Below are positions 55,305 to 64,000 of a stretch of DNA of 64,000 nucleotides, one piece after another. Location: assembly GCA_945865665.1 (NCBI GenBank), contig CAMBEE010000001.1, forward strand, positions 161,548-225,547, in the 5' to 3' direction. A model generated the notes under the pieces. That model saw only the letters and a program-made list of their open reading frames with translations. It had not been told where the DNA came from and ran no database searches. How positions within the stretch are numbered: the first letter of the stretch is position 1; every line of letters starts with the position of its first letter. Origin of the DNA: an uncultured Clostridium sp. GTDB taxonomy: Bacteria > Bacillota > Clostridia > TANB77 > CAG-508. The position numbers and the translations under genes are program-made.

Positions 55305-55601
55305 TTAATCCTCCATCCTTATTATGATATGTTTTAATACTTCTTCTATCGTATTGATTTTAATTGAAATTTTATTAATTTCCTGAGATTCGTTTTGAGT
55401 TTCAAAATTTATTAAGTAATAATACCCTATCTTCTCATTCTTAATTTCATATGCTAACCTTTTTGTACCTATTTTTTCTTCATGAAAAATATTACAATAT
55501 TCTGAAATAACCATATTATTTATTTTTTCAATAACTTCTTCTATTTTTTTATTATCTTCATCATTTTTAATAATAAAGATAGCTTCATATTTTTTACTCA
55601 T
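55305..55601 (-). CDS. rpsF: Ribosomal protein S6 paralog
   Basis: KYEAIFII, G.KRLAYEIK...GYYYLINF, VLKHIIIR; directly upstream of ssb. Confidence 0.85.
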   Translation of the reverse strand: MSKKYEAIFIIKNDEDNKKIEEVIEKINNMVISEYCNIFHEEKIGTKRLAYEIKNEKIGYYYLINFETQNESQEINKISIKINTIEEVLKHIIIRMED

Positions 55602-55621
55602 AATCTTTTACCTCCATTTTT

Positions 55622-56107
55622 TTAAGCTACCATTAAATTTTCTAATAAATCTTGTTGTTCATAGTCTGCTTCTTCTAATTTACAATCGAATAAGCAAGAT
55701 AAAAAGTCTATAACATTTTTTCTTGTCCAATTTTTATATTTAAAAGCAACAGCTCTATACTTTAGTGGTAACCCTATACATAGTTCTAATTTTGAATCAC
55801 TTTTTTTAAAGTCATATTTGCATAAATTTCCTTCTTCTACTGTTTTTAAGAAAATATTTAACCAATAATTTAAATAAATGTCACTTTCTTCATTACTTTT
55901 TGTTTTTTTACCATATAAATATATTTTTCTTGGCAAATTATTAGATTTACTATATAAAGTAAATTTGTCTTCTTTTAAGCATTCATCAGCATTTATTCTA
56001 ACTTCACAGGTATTTCTTAAAAACATATTAGGATATCTTGGGAATCTTTTACTATTGGTTAATTTTTTAACATCTCTTTTATCCTTAACATTAAATTTAT
56101 AAATCAT
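55622..56107 (-). CDS. Hypothetical protein
   Basis: Operonic ORF with RBS AGGAGG. Confidence 0.6.
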   Translation of the reverse strand: MIYKFNVKDKRDVKKLTNSKRFPRYPNMFLRNTCEVRINADECLKEDKFTLYSKSNNLPRKIYLYGKKTKSNEESDIYLNYWLNIFLKTVEEGNLCKYDFKKSDSKLELCIGLPLKYRAVAFKYKNWTRKNVIDFLSCLFDCKLEEADYEQQDLLENLMVA

Positions 56108-56842
56108 ATATTTAATCCTCCTTCTTTTTCTAATGCCTCAATATAACATTGTTCATATAAATCTTTATGATATATATAATCATCAAAATATTTTAATTGA
56201 GCATATTTCTTTTTGTGTTTTATTAATGTTTTAGGTAGTTTTCCTCCTGTCCAAATAAAATGTTCAGTTGCTTCATAAATATTATTTTTAAATGTTGTAG
56301 GAAAATTTGATGCAAAAACCAAAGCTTTACTTTTTTTATTATTTAGAACTTTTATATTATATGTATTATCAGCTACTACAAAAGGATTTCCATTAAAAAA
56401 GCCCATAAAAATACTGCCAAAATTTTTTAAAGCAGCTAAAGTCAAATTATATTTATATATTGTTTCTAAAATTGCTTCTGTATCTGTAATATCATTTATT
56501 TTACTTAAAAAGCTTACAGACCTTTCTGTTCCATTCATAGCCATAACCATATTTCCTCTTTTAAATGGATGACAATTTTCATCACACTTTTCTCCAATTG
56601 ATGCTAAACGTGTATGAAATAAAGCCCAATCATAATCAGTATTTCTTAATATTTTTGCTATTTCTCTAACATCTAAATTAACACCCTTTTCAAATTTTAT
56701 TAATTTTTTATTTTTCATTAAAGCAAATCCGATTTCCATGTCCACCTAATTGATTTTCTAGATATTTTAAATATCTATCTAATCCATATATTTTTTCTAC
56801 TTCTTTTTCACCTTGCTTATTCATTAATAGCAATCTACACAT
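56104..56842 (-). CDS. Class II (Ntn) glutamine amidotransferase, +1 frameshift at CGG 56729-56731
   Basis: Starts MCRLL at 56842, overlapping the amidoligase stop; GGHGN|GFA across the shift; FHTRLASIG, NCHPF, MNGT, TDTE. Confidence 0.85.
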
Positions 56843-57593
56843 TTTTTATAACCTCCTTATATTTTTTTGCTATATTATTTCCAATTTCTTTTGCTTTTTC
56901 TGTATCAAAATCTTCTTTCCCAATAAAATTGTTTATATAACGAGTGGTATCTATGCAAAAATCACAAGCTCTAATGTACTGTTCTGCATTTATAAATTTT
57001 AAAAGTCTAAATTCCAAAGTATTTACACTAGAAACAGTATTAAAAGAATTATACCTATTAAAATCCCTTATTTGAGCCTGACAAAAACTTCCAAAATATC
57101 TGCCCCAAAATTTTATTGTTTTTTCCTTGCAACTTATCATTTCATTTAAAATTGGTTGGAATAGCTCCCTTTTATATTTTTCCATTTTAGCTTTATATGG
57201 TGTCGAAACATGAAGGTGTGTACCACAAGAATTTCCTACAAATTTTGAAAATTTATCAATTTTTCTACAAATTGTATGAAAACTTTTTCTGTTATAAAAT
57301 ATTGGTGATTTCCATTCTAACCCTTGAATACTGCAGTCTGAGCAACCTATAAAATTGTATTTTGTAAGTTCAAATAAAGAATTAGATCTACTTGAAGTTT
57401 CAAATTCAAACGAAAAGCTCATTTTAGTTTGTTTTCCTTGATATTTATAATTTTTTGTTGAATAACAATGTCCACAACTGCAACTAGAGCAAATATAATC
57501 TTTATTGTTTATTTTTTTTACATCATATGAAAGAAATTCTTGCCCGCAAGAAGAACATTTTTTATATTCTAAAAACCTTTTTATCTTTAACAT
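56835..57593 (-). CDS. Amidoligase (COOH-NH2 ligase) family protein
   Basis: FEFET, DCSI.GLEWKSP, SCGTHLHVS, RYNSFN, TLEFRL. Confidence 0.82.
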   Translation of the reverse strand: MLKIKRFLEYKKCSSCGQEFLSYDVKKINNKDYICSSCSCGHCYSTKNYKYQGKQTKMSFSFEFETSSRSNSLFELTKYNFIGCSDCSIQGLEWKSPIFYNRKSFHTICRKIDKFSKFVGNSCGTHLHVSTPYKAKMEKYKRELFQPILNEMISCKEKTIKFWGRYFGSFCQAQIRDFNRYNSFNTVSSVNTLEFRLLKFINAEQYIRACDFCIDTTRYINNFIGKEDFDTEKAKEIGNNIAKKYKEVIKNV

Positions 57594-57650
57594 TTTTTCT
57601 CCTTTCCTGCCAAAATAAAAAAACTATCTTTATATTGATAGTTTTGATTT

Positions 57651-59318
57651 TTAAGCAGCATTTTGTAATAAATTACTACTTTCTTCTATTTTTTTAATTA
57701 TTGAATCTCTTTCTCTTGTTAAAACATCTGAATAATCATAAAGAACTTCCAAATCATTAAATTTTATTACAATAGCCATAATAGTTTGTATATTATTAGT
57801 AGTATCAATTTCTGTAATAGATTCCACATCATCAATAAACATTGGTGTATTTATTCCTGTAACTTTATTTATTAATGTTGCAATTTCTATATCAGCTCTT
57901 AATTTATAAGATTTAGAAAGTTTTTCATACTTTCTTCCTTTATATTTAACCTCATAAACATCCATAATTTCACCTGTCTCTTCATTTACACTACTAAATT
58001 CTATTGTAACGTTTTTTAAATATCTATTTACCTTTTTCATTTGCTCTTGAATTATTAAAAGATTAAGTCTTGTTGCAATTTTTAATTGATTATTATATCT
58101 ATCAATTGTTTCTGTCATTTCTTTACTTAAATTATCAAATTCTTCTATTTTCTTTTTAGCATTTACTATTTCATTATGTTTTAACTCAACTTCTTTATTA
58201 AATAAATCAATCTCTGATTTTTCTTTTTGAAGAATATCAATTTTTGTTTTTATTTCATCCCTCATTTTTGCTTTTTCTTGCATTTGAGGAGTCTTTAAAA
58301 CTCTATACTTTTCGATTTGTTTTTTCTTTCTATCTATTAATTCTTGTGTTTCTTTTTTAAGAGATTCTATCTTTTCAGCAATTGTATTAATATTTTTCTT
58401 ATATGTAATTTTTAATGCTTTGATTAGATTTTCATTTTTTATTTCTTGTTTGCAAGTTGGACAAGTAGATGTTACAGATGTAACATTATCCAGGTTTTCT
58501 AACTCTTTTTTTTGCCTTTTTTGTAATTCTTGTAATTCAATTTTTATATTATTAGATATTTTACTATCTAATCTATTAATATCTTTTTCAATTTCTTCAA
58601 GAGTTACAATATTATCAGTATTTTCTATCAATTTTTCATATTCTTTTTCAAGATTATCTAATTCACTTTGCTTTTCGAATTTTTTTAAATTATCTTCTTT
58701 TTGTATTGCAATATTTATTAACATATTTTTACTTCCTGCTAATTTATCTAGTTCTGAAGTAATTTCTTTTATTTCAGCTCTTTTAGATTTACAAAATCCT
58801 TTTATATCTGCAATAGGATGTTCTAGTATTTCTTGTTCTTCTTTTTCAAGTAATTTAAAAGCATCTTCCGATGATACTGCTGGCAATATTCTTAAAAGTA
58901 ATTCTCTTTGTTTAGCTAAATCCATACTTCTAAAATAATTTGGATAATAACTACATATGAATGCATGAACATCTTTATAAAATCTTGTTAATATCTCTTG
59001 CGTTGTCCTTATTCCATCAAGCATTACAAAATTATCTTTTCCTTTGCATCTTGTTATTACATGTTCTGACCCTTGATTATCAATTATAGTCATACTTGCT
59101 ATTGTATTTTGACCTGTAATAATAGAATCATTTGCTACTTGTTCTTTATTACTTCCATATATGTTATAACCTGTTAAAATCCATAATGGAAGTGAACCAA
59201 TTGTTGTTTTATTTTTAGCATTATCTCCAACAATATATGTAATTTCATCAAATTCTACTTTAAATCCATCTTCTAATCCTTTATAATTTTTAACATTAAA
59301 TATATTTTTTATAAACAT
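57651..59318 (-). CDS. Rad50/SbcC-like coiled-coil ATPase
   Basis: GDNAKNKTT (degenerate Walker A), CPTC hook, LSKS signature, PMFIDDVESI. Confidence 0.8.
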   Translation of the reverse strand: MFIKNIFNVKNYKGLEDGFKVEFDEITYIVGDNAKNKTTIGSLPLWILTGYNIYGSNKEQVANDSIITGQNTIASMTIIDNQGSEHVITRCKGKDNFVMLDGIRTTQEILTRFYKDVHAFICSYYPNYFRSMDLAKQRELLLRILPAVSSEDAFKLLEKEEQEILEHPIADIKGFCKSKRAEIKEITSELDKLAGSKNMLINIAIQKEDNLKKFEKQSELDNLEKEYEKLIENTDNIVTLEEIEKDINRLDSKISNNIKIELQELQKRQKKELENLDNVTSVTSTCPTCKQEIKNENLIKALKITYKKNINTIAEKIESLKKETQELIDRKKKQIEKYRVLKTPQMQEKAKMRDEIKTKIDILQKEKSEIDLFNKEVELKHNEIVNAKKKIEEFDNLSKEMTETIDRYNNQLKIATRLNLLIIQEQMKKVNRYLKNVTIEFSSVNEETGEIMDVYEVKYKGRKYEKLSKSYKLRADIEIATLINKVTGINTPMFIDDVESITEIDTTNNIQTIMAIVIKFNDLEVLYDYSDVLTRERDSIIKKIEESSNLLQNAA

Positions 59319-59343
59319 ATTTTTCTTCCTCCAATTTTAAATT

Positions 59344-59856
59344 TTATGCTATTTTTTCAGCTGTAAATAATTTATCTAAATCATCAGCTTCAATATCTTG
59401 TACTTCTACATCATCAATAAAATCGTTATTACTTTCATTATTTTCATCACCATCATCTTCAGAATTATTACTATCATCATTTTTAATTTCATCAACAACA
59501 GGAATTGCAAAAACTTCTTGCATTGCATACCTAAATGCTCCAGTTAACGCACTATATACAGCTCTTCCTTTTTCATCATAACCACTTCCTGGGATTTCAA
59601 CCTCAATAAAATCTTTTTCTTTCGATTCTACATCGATAAATTGATATTTCATAGTAATAAATACTTTGTTTCCTTGTGGTGTATAACTTAATACTTTCAC
59701 AGGCAAAATAATAACCTTATACTTTACAAGTAAAGGTTTTACCATTGCTATAATGTCTTCTGATTTTGCATATTTATAATTCTTTTCTTCATCTAATTCG
59801 GTTTTTTCGATTGGATTAATTTCTGACATTATTTTTATAATTTTTTCTCCTATCAT
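59344..59856 (-). CDS. ERF-family ssDNA annealing protein
   Basis: NYKYA..EDI...VKPLL, GSGYD...YSALTGAFRY; acidic tail. Confidence 0.85.
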   Translation of the reverse strand: MIGEKIIKIMSEINPIEKTELDEEKNYKYAKSEDIIAMVKPLLVKYKVIILPVKVLSYTPQGNKVFITMKYQFIDVESKEKDFIEVEIPGSGYDEKGRAVYSALTGAFRYAMQEVFAIPVVDEIKNDDSNNSEDDGDENNESNNDFIDDVEVQDIEADDLDKLFTAEKIA

Positions 59857-60440
59857 ACCAAAATTCCTCCTATATTTTTTAATTCAATTTTTTGATTTAT
59901 ATTAAATATATCTACATTTGGATCATTATCAATAAACTCATTTATTTTTATATATTTGGGGTTCGTTTCTCCAATTATAATTTGCTTATATGCAAAATTA
60001 TTTTCTCTTAAAGTTTTAAATGAATCTTGAATGCATTTAACAACAAAATTGTTTTCAGACCAATATGTAGAGGTCCAAACTAAAATTGCATATGTATTTC
60101 TAAACACCTTATATTCCTTATATAAATCAATTTTTTTTAATATATTATTATTTTTATTAGGCATCTTTTCTATTTTATTTAAAATAAGTTGTAATCCTTT
60201 TATATTAATTGCCATTACAACTTTATACTTATCTGTTTTTTTATATTTTCTATCCATTACAATTTCTATATCCTCCTCGCTAAACCAATCCTCTTTATTA
60301 CTCGAAATCATAGTTACAAAATATTCATTAAAATAATAATCTTTATATTGTATAATTCCTAATGCTTTAAAATGCTTATCATAGATCTTACCTTTTCCAT
60401 TTACAACTACAATTTCACCAATTCTAAATTTATTTTTCAT
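59853..60440 (-). CDS. Hypothetical protein
   Basis: Operonic ORF; N-terminal FRIGEIVVV. Confidence 0.6.
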   Translation of the reverse strand: MKNKFRIGEIVVVNGKGKIYDKHFKALGIIQYKDYYFNEYFVTMISSNKEDWFSEEDIEIVMDRKYKKTDKYKVVMAINIKGLQLILNKIEKMPNKNNNILKKIDLYKEYKVFRNTYAILVWTSTYWSENNFVVKCIQDSFKTLRENNFAYKQIIIGETNPKYIKINEFIDNDPNVDIFNINQKIELKNIGGILV

Positions 60441-60632
60441 TGTAATTCTACCTTTAACCCTTTATCTAATTTTCTTACAAAATCTTTAATATTAATATTG
60501 TATTTTCTCCAAAATTTTGATATTATTTTATAAATTACAATTACAGATTGGATAAGCAAGATTAAACTTATTATTAATAATTTTTTTAATATTTTTAACA
60601 TATAAATTATCCTTTCTTTAAAACATATTTAA

Positions 60633-61583
60633 TTAGCAGCCTTTATCTATTATCCTTGAATAGACTGCTTTTTTATTTTCTGTATTATTTTCTACAGCCT
60701 TTACAATTTTATAATCATTTAATATAGTAAAATTACTTCTAGTACTAATACTTATAGGCATAATAATACTTTCAACTTTAACATTTAATATATCTTGTCT
60801 GCTTTCAGGCATTAAAATAAGCTCATGTTTTTTTGAGCTTGTATCAATACATATTATTTTAGGTACTTCTTTATCTTCATACATTGTCTTTTTAAATTCA
60901 AGAATTTTTAGATAGTTGATATTTTTATTAGGTTCGTTTGTATTTTTATTATTGCTAATTTTATCTTGATGTTCTACTACTTTAGTAGTATTTATATTTT
61001 CATAATCTTCAAGTTTTTTAATATCTGGTATATAATTTTTTCCCATTATTGCATCTTCTGCCTTTAAATATAACTCATACCAATTACATGTTAAGTCTTG
61101 TCCAAGTCTATTAGCTCTTTGTATTCTTCTTTTAACATTTTCTATTCCTTTTTCACTACCCATTGGGTAACACCAAATTCCTTCATCTTGCAGTTTATCA
61201 ATTATAAAATATAATCTTCCAACCTTTTTACATTGCTTATTTTTTCGATAAGGACATTCATCAGCTTTACATTCAATTGCTTTTCTTTTCCCATCTTCAT
61301 CTAAAACTCTTGCTTCTTTACCATTACCGTAGCATTTTAATCTTTTTCCTTCATATTTTTGAAATCCTTCAACTAATGGACTTTGATTAAAGAATTTAAT
61401 TTTTAATTTGTTTGGTTTATTATAAACTTCATTAAATATTTCAACTGCTAATTCTGGAGTTGATTTATCAGTATGAACATTAAAATAAGCAAGTTTAATT
61501 GGATTATCTTTTTCTCCTCTTGTACCTGACCTAACATTTCCTATTAAATTTTTATTTAGGTACTCTCTCATATTTTTATCCAT
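60633..61583 (-). CDS. Phage-type Cys-containing protein, similar in pattern to the gp3 recombination-directionality-like family
   Basis: LKCYGNG...C...CPY....C...GRLYF. Confidence 0.55.
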   Translation of the reverse strand: MDKNMREYLNKNLIGNVRSGTRGEKDNPIKLAYFNVHTDKSTPELAVEIFNEVYNKPNKLKIKFFNQSPLVEGFQKYEGKRLKCYGNGKEARVLDEDGKRKAIECKADECPYRKNKQCKKVGRLYFIIDKLQDEGIWCYPMGSEKGIENVKRRIQRANRLGQDLTCNWYELYLKAEDAIMGKNYIPDIKKLEDYENINTTKVVEHQDKISNNKNTNEPNKNINYLKILEFKKTMYEDKEVPKIICIDTSSKKHELILMPESRQDILNVKVESIIMPISISTRSNFTILNDYKIVKAVENNTENKKAVYSRIIDKGC

Positions 61584-61601
61584 CTTTTTCCCTCTTTTCT
61601 T

Positions 61602-61853
61602 TTATGCTATTTTATTAAATAATGTTTTTTTATTAGCACAGACAAAATCTTCGATTTCAGAAATTAATTCTTTTCTTACCTTACTTTTTATTCTGGAATC
61701 TTCATCATCATTATCATAAATTATTCCAGGTAAGGTAACATTTAATTCTTCTAGTTTTTCTTCAAAAATTTCTACAATCTCTGAAGCAAATTCTCTTTCT
61801 ATACTTATTTTATTAAGTATATTGTTTTTTCTTTTTTTTGAGATAAATCCCAT
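61602..61853 (-). CDS. Hypothetical protein, first gene of the operon
   Basis: RBS AAGGAG; EIVEIFEEKLEE. Confidence 0.6.
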   Translation of the reverse strand: MGFISKKRKNNILNKISIEREFASEIVEIFEEKLEELNVTLPGIIYDNDDEDSRIKSKVRKELISEIEDFVCANKKTLFNKIA

Positions 61854-62360
61854 ATTTTCTCTCCTTCCTTTTTTATTATCGTATTTAAAACAAGAATTTA
61901 ACTCAAAATCCTCCTTTCTTATAAAAATAAAAAAGGTAAAAATATTAAAGAAACCTCGGGGGGCGAAAATTCCTATAACTTTTTTACCTTTTATAAAATA
62001 TTAAGCACCAAAAATAAAGTCTAATTTTTATAGCTTGTGCTTTTAAATTACACTTGGATATACCAAGTATTAATAGCATTAAAAATGCCTTAAACCTAAA
62101 ATTATGCTTTTTATAACATACTTTTAGGTAAATAGAATAAGTTCATTTCTTATTCTATCCTTTGTTTTAAATACACTCTTATTTTACATCATTTATTATA
62201 AATTGAAAATATAGGAAGCTAAAATTTTTAATTATTTATTTTTCAATGTTTTTTAATATTTTTTTATGAAATTTTATATTATGTCTATTAAAAAATTTAA
62301 TTTTGTGATATAATGCTTCTATTATTTCTTAAATATTAATAAGAAAGGTGTGTAAAAGAA

Positions 62361-62813
62361 TTGAATTCTATTATAAAAATCCATGACATTAATTCTCTCA
62401 AATCAAATAAGCTAGTCTTAATAGATGATGATATGAATGGAGTTTGTTTAGGAATAAAATCAAATAAATATTATTCTGAAATTAATTTTAAATTTAAAGT
62501 AATAAATTATAAAAATACATTTTTTGGTGTTATCTTATTAAAATTAGATAATGATTTTTTATGTTGCTATATTAATTTGAATAATTTAGAATCTAAAGAA
62601 ATATTGAAAAAATTATTGTATTCTGATTTTTTGAATTTAATTGTTTTTAATAATTCTGCTTATAATAAAGTATATAAAATTAAGAATAACATAGGAAATA
62701 ATTTTTTAATAAATATTCCTTATGTTTTTAATACTAGTTTTAATGTAAATATCAATGAAATTATATATAAATTGAATAAATTATATTCTCCAGAATTCTT
62801 ATGGAATAATTAA
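62361..62813 (+). CDS. Hypothetical protein
   Basis: RBS AAGGTG, TTG start, terminator after the stop. Confidence 0.55.
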   Translation: MNSIIKIHDINSLKSNKLVLIDDDMNGVCLGIKSNKYYSEINFKFKVINYKNTFFGVILLKLDNDFLCCYINLNNLESKEILKKLLYSDFLNLIVFNNSAYNKVYKIKNNIGNNFLINIPYVFNTSFNVNINEIIYKLNKLYSPEFLWNN

Positions 62814-62899
62814 AAAGTAGAAGGAAAACTTCTACTTTTTAATACATGTTTCATATATTTCTTTTTATACTAATTTTATTTTTTTATTATAGTCTTGTT

Positions 62900-63040
62900 C
62901 TATTTGTTTTCTTGGATTTTGCAATCCGTAATATCTGGTTTTATTATATCCTCATCTTTTACAATATCAAATTTATAATTATAATCTGTTATAGAATTTT
63001 CGTTAATCTCTCTTACTATTATACCTGTTTGTTTATCTAC
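62900..63040 (-). pseudogene. Orphan alternative C-terminus of the 63037..63750 protein
   Basis: VDKQTGIIVRE...FDIVKDEDIIKPDI aligns to IDKDTGLIMRR...LDVVTDKDVERPNL. Confidence 0.7.
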
Positions 63041-63750
63041 TCACTTTTTAATATCTCATATCCATCTAAATTTGGTCTTTCTACATCCTTATCTGTTACA
63101 ACATCCAATTTTACATTTCTATTGCAATCTAATTTTATTAATCCCATAGCACTATAATCAATTCTTCTCATTATTAATCCTGTATCCTTATCAATGTAAA
63201 AGATTGTTGAATTTACTTTAATATTATCTTTATTCCATACTTGAACAAGTATTATAGATCTTCCATTATATTGTTTTTCTCCTAGATATTCAAAATCGGT
63301 ATTAAAAATTTTTTCATCAGCAATTATTGAATAATCAAGACTGCTTTGACTATATAGAGCTGTTTCATCTCCATAATAATTTTTTAAAGATGAAACACCT
63401 GCATACATCTTACCATCATTTTTTCCCATTATACTAATTACTTCATCTGTATTATAATTTTCCCATCTTAAAACTTTTCCATTATTTATACACTTTATAA
63501 TACCATCTTTTATATAATATTCTGTCTTCATTTCATTTACTTTTTTAAAAACTATATATTCTTCAGGAGAATAATAATAATTTGAATATTCCTCTCCTTT
63601 TTTTAATAATGCAACAACTTCCTCTCTTGTCATTACATTGTCTTTCTTTAAAAATCCATTAAAGTGTATAATTGTAAAATAAATTAATGCAATTAGTACT
63701 AATGATAATATTATAATTCCAATAATTTTAAATATTTTTCTTCTCTCCAT
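63037..63750 (-). CDS. Membrane-anchored exported protein (LolA-like beta fold)
   Basis: N-terminal TM; YLGEKQYNGR, FYIDKDTGLIMR. Confidence 0.7.
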   Translation of the reverse strand: MERRKIFKIIGIIILSLVLIALIYFTIIHFNGFLKKDNVMTREEVVALLKKGEEYSNYYYSPEEYIVFKKVNEMKTEYYIKDGIIKCINNGKVLRWENYNTDEVISIMGKNDGKMYAGVSSLKNYYGDETALYSQSSLDYSIIADEKIFNTDFEYLGEKQYNGRSIILVQVWNKDNIKVNSTIFYIDKDTGLIMRRIDYSAMGLIKLDCNRNVKLDVVTDKDVERPNLDGYEILKSE

Positions 63751-63769
63751 ATAAATTCCCCCTTTTCAT

Positions 63770-63852
63770 TTGTGCAACCTAGCTATCATAAGTATCAATA
63801 CTTTTAGACCTTTGGCTTTGCGTCGTAAACTTTCGTTTACTTTGCTCTTTTA
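63770..63852 (-). ncRNA. c-di-GMP-I (GEMM) riboswitch
   Basis: Minus strand GCAAAGTAAACGAAAGTTTACGACGCAAAGCCAAAGGTCTAA...ATGATAGCTAGGTTGC: GAAA tetraloop stem, GACGCAAAGC, CTAA/ATG receptor. Confidence 0.9.
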
Positions 63853-64000
63853 CAATATCTACCTATATTATAGCATATTTTAATCTTTTTAGCAATTTTT
63901 ACTAATTTTTTCTATATTTTCTGCATTACCTTCATACATATATATATCTTTTTTTCTATATACCGATAAAACAAATCCTAAACTTACTAAATTGACAATC

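Noticed and set aside
49700-62000. Complete prophage or conjugative ICE
   Set aside because: No capsid, terminase, tail, relaxase or T4SS genes are recognisable in this window, so the element class is left open.

Overview
Very AT-rich Clostridia-like (Bacillota) DNA. The first ~3 kb is host backbone (membrane proteins, smpB, class II fba). At ~3066 a peroxiredoxin gene is cut right after its peroxidatic Cys codon (FTPVC), and the rest of the window reads as one large integrated element whose far end I cannot see. It carries: two tandem large serine recombinases plus degenerate resolvase-like genes; four ECF sigma/anti-sigma modules, one fused to a serpin-like ectodomain; a group II intron; an ars-type module; an aac(6')/aph(3') cassette between an IS21 relic and ISLre2/IS4-like elements; CIRCE-controlled htpG; a Y-family polymerase/YolD pair; LytTR systems; an ABC exporter; a Spo0A-like regulator; a tyrosine recombinase with a TnpI-like resolution site; a phage/plasmid-like replication-recombination operon (primase, ArdC-like, MTase, SSB, ribosomal S6 paralog, amidoligase/GATase, Rad50-like ATPase, ERF); and a c-di-GMP-I riboswitch. 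Most striking signal: four unrelated genes are each broken by the same event, an in-frame CGG codon where skipping the C (C-GGT/C-GGA, Gly) restores a conserved protein. This suggests systematic +1 recoding at CGG in this host. All calls come from reading the sequence; no database search was run.
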